Position numbers and translations under genes: made by a program
Source of the DNA: Amoebidium appalachense
Lineage: Eukaryota; Protista; Ichthyosporea
Reading direction: 5' to 3'
NCBI GenBank assembly: GCA_963693365.1
Contig: CAVNZM010000007.1
Coordinates: 7,375,962-7,439,961, forward strand
Length of the DNA: 64,000 bases
In this document: piece by piece, positions 58,845-64,000 of the stretch
Layout: each line of letters starts with the position of its first letter
Numbering within the stretch: position 1 is the stretch's first letter
Notes under the pieces: model-generated
The model's database searches: none
Told to the model about the DNA's origin: nothing
The model's input: the letters and a program-made list of their open reading frames with translations, nothing else

Positions 58845-59512
58845 TTCCCCCTCCCCCCATTCCCCCCCTTTATGATGACTGACCCTGCGGCATGAATAAA
58901 TTGAAACCAGGTCACGGTCGTCATGCACCTTCGTTTTTTTTATTTTTTTTTATTTTATCCCGTTTTGTTCCCGGAGGTACCCCTAGGGGCCCTCAGAGGG
59001 AACTACCGTCTTCCACCCAGCACCGACAGTACTCTAGCTAGGGTGCTACGATGCAAGTAGCTAAACTAACACACCTATATAACAGTCCTAACTATATGTA
59101 CACACTTTGCCCACTGGTATCACCCAGCCACGCCGGTGGGTGTCATGCACCTTCGAACGGACTAGAAACTCCAGCCAGGCTGAGGTGGTCAATTCCACCA
59201 TGTATCGCCCCCCCCCCCCCCCCCCCCCCCCAACCTCCCCCCTCCCCCCCTCCGTCCCATTCCGTGCCCACCCCAACCCCCCCTAGGATCAAGGCCCCCC
59301 TCTCTCTGTCAGTTCTCTACTGCATGGATGCGGGATGTGTTTTCGAGCTGAGGCTTACTTCACTTCTCCTCGGCTCGAGCTACGAGGCTCACACGAATCT
59401 CTCTCTCTCTCTCCCTCTCCTTCCCTCTCCCTCTCTCGCTCTCTCTCTCTCTCCCCCCCCCCCCTCCCCCCCCCCCCTCTCTCTCTCTCCCCCCCCGTCT
59501 CTTTCAATTCCG

Positions 59513-59679
<167 letters not shown>

Positions 59680-59687
59680 TGTGTGCG

Positions 59688-59734
<47 letters not shown>

Positions 59735-61521
59735 CCACCGACAGAATGTGGCTTTTGGATTGTCTCTTAAATCCGGAGTCAAAACTCGGCTTCCCCCCTT
59801 TCCCTCCCCTCCCCCTCCCCGTCCCCCCGCCACACACACACACACACGCGTGTCGGGCACACACGTGGTGACGCACGTGCGCCTGCTCCGAGTGTAGCGT
59901 TTCGGTTGGGACTGATACATCAGGAATGCCTGGCATGTGGAAGAAGGCCTTATCACCCAATCAAGGCCATCGGTTCAATTTCAGTGCGATTTTCTATCGT
60001 TTCATGGAAGAAGTATTTGTAAATGAAACCACGTGTAAACACTCTACTAAGCTAGTAAACCTGTATGTGTGTTGCTTTTTCAAATTAGACATAGTGTCGC
60101 TCGAATCTATCATTCGATCTGCGGTGAGGTTTATTCATCTATCGATCGGAATCTCAGGAATGGGGCCTTGGAATCCGGAACGCCCTTATCCATAGAGCAG
60201 GTTGTATGCTCCGAGGAGTCCTTCTTATTTTTTGAGCACCATGTCTAACTGAAATTGGCTATAAGTAAACCATTTCTCATAAAAAATCTACTAGAAACGC
60301 TGAATGTGTCTGTTCTGTAGCAGACTATTCCGTTGCATGTATGCGTTTACACTCAAGATCTAGCTGCCAGTCCTCTCGGCGCTTCTTTGACATTCTTTGT
60401 TTGATCCTACGAATTCCAAAGTACGAATAACGTCATAAGTTTTAGGGTTCGAATGACTCTGCAATAAGAACATAAACACGTGGTTTCGGTGTCAAGCTTT
60501 CGCCTCTGTGACAAAAAATACCTTTCCCCTTACTATAAGCGCTTATCAACTATGGAAAATTTCTATTCATTCTTGTACGGGTGTGAGTTGACGGTATATG
60601 ATGTCGGTTCGCAACCCTGGCCGAATGCTACGATCTGATTGGTCCACAGCTCTCGGGTGCACTGTACCCATATCACGTGTAGAAGGGTGTGAACATGCAC
60701 ACGCAGATAGGTACAATACACGTACACACACACACACACACACGGGAATGCCATATGAATAGCGAGCATAAACACACCGCATGATATTCTTATATCATAA
60801 AACTCAACTTTTACACGTCACCACTTTGTTGAACAACCTCCACAGAGCACATGTACAGTATCTCGGTTCTGGCAATCTTGACTCATTCATTCATGAGGGG
60901 GAAAAAAGGGCGGTGCTCTCTTATTGCCTAGGAGAACGCTAAACGTATGCCTCACAAACCAGCAAAATTGTCTTCCACATGCAAGACCGCCATGTTATTT
61001 TCTTGCATCTCCCCTGCTAAGCTCCGACCCAACACCATTCTCCCTTCTAAGTAGCTAGCTCGTACATACATGGGCGCATGTTGAACCACATCTTCTCAGT
61101 CAATCGTAGGATCACTTTGCTACAACTAAATAACTCGGCAAAACTTTCTGTATCCTTATCTGGTGCATTAGGCCTGTTTCACGAGAGCTCTATTTAGAAG
61201 GCCCACAAAATTTCAATTATCCATCTCATGGTAGTTCAACCCGTATGTCAAAGTGGCGCAATTGACTTGCTTCGTCAAGATAATCAAGCAATATGTACAC
61301 CACGATGCAACCAGCACCAACTATCTCACCACGCTCGTCACCAAAGGGCTTAAGAAAGGTGTGTGCCAAAAGCGATAATGGTTAAGCGTGATTTTCTCAC
61401 CAATGTCCCTCCTACCACCCACCTTCCCAAAAACACAGTAATATCGACCTTGGTCATTTTTGGTAGATCTATCCGTGGTCTCCATCCCCCCCCCTCCTCC
61501 CCCTTCAGATCATCCCATTCC

Positions 61522-61606
<85 letters not shown>

Positions 61607-61753
61607 ACACACACACGCACACAAACACACACACACACACACCAACACACACACACACACGCACGCATGCACACATGCACACACGCATGCATACAACAGA
61701 GTCACACGCAGTGCCACACATAAACACACACGCACGCACACACGCAAACAAAG

Positions 61754-61788
<35 letters not shown>

Positions 61789-62198
61789 GCACGCACAAAC
61801 ACACACATGCGCGCCGGCGTGCAATACACTTGCCAAAACACTTGCTCCCTGGAACTCCCTCCCGATGTCAGCCAACATCAGAATTTTCAAATTCTTGCCC
61901 CACAATCACCCTTGTCTGAATTTTCATTTAAACTTTCATACATTTGCTTATGCATACTGCACTGCACTGCAACAATCCCCCCCCCCCCCCTCCCCCTCCC
62001 CCCGATACCCCATTCCCCCCATCCCCCCCCCCCCCCATCCCCCCCCCCCCCAGACACACCTGCACACACACACCCACACCGTGATAAAAAAGAATACAGT
62101 TCTGAAAAATAGAAACAAGAATATACTGGGTACTATTGCATGCACAACCATACAACACGTGGCCACCTATCATTTGCGTGCACAAAAGGGCTGGTACT

Positions 62199-62266
<68 letters not shown>

Positions 62267-62307
62267 CACACACATCTACTATGGCACACACACAGGCACA
62301 GGCACAG

Positions 62308-64000
<1,693 letters not shown>

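Overview
Eukaryotic genomic DNA (spliceosomal introns, very rich in poly-C/G, (CA)n and (CT)n). Most ORF-track entries are microsatellite artefacts, so genes were rebuilt by hand from splice sites and reading phase. No database search was run, and family assignments are motif recognition. The left third holds the best candidate for a new system: an intact 7-exon Sola1/DUF7869-like DDE transposase (+, 8099-17577, ~1050 aa) head-to-head with an 8+-exon gene encoding a ParB/Srx(DGQHR)-like domain (-, 6628 to beyond the left edge). The last transposase intron carries five 18-bp palindromes at 25-26 bp spacing, reminiscent of a parS/operator array. Next is a 3.56-kb near-identical direct duplication, each copy containing a 1.41-kb element with split-direct-repeat (Ngaro/PAT-like) architecture. 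The rest holds a type I membrane protein with an apparent frameshift, a small RVxF (PP1-binding) protein, a 4x SAP protein, a tRNA-derived element, a 31-bp palindrome with an 8-bp target-site duplication, and a secreted bacterial-like beta-helix protein fused to TSP1 repeats.
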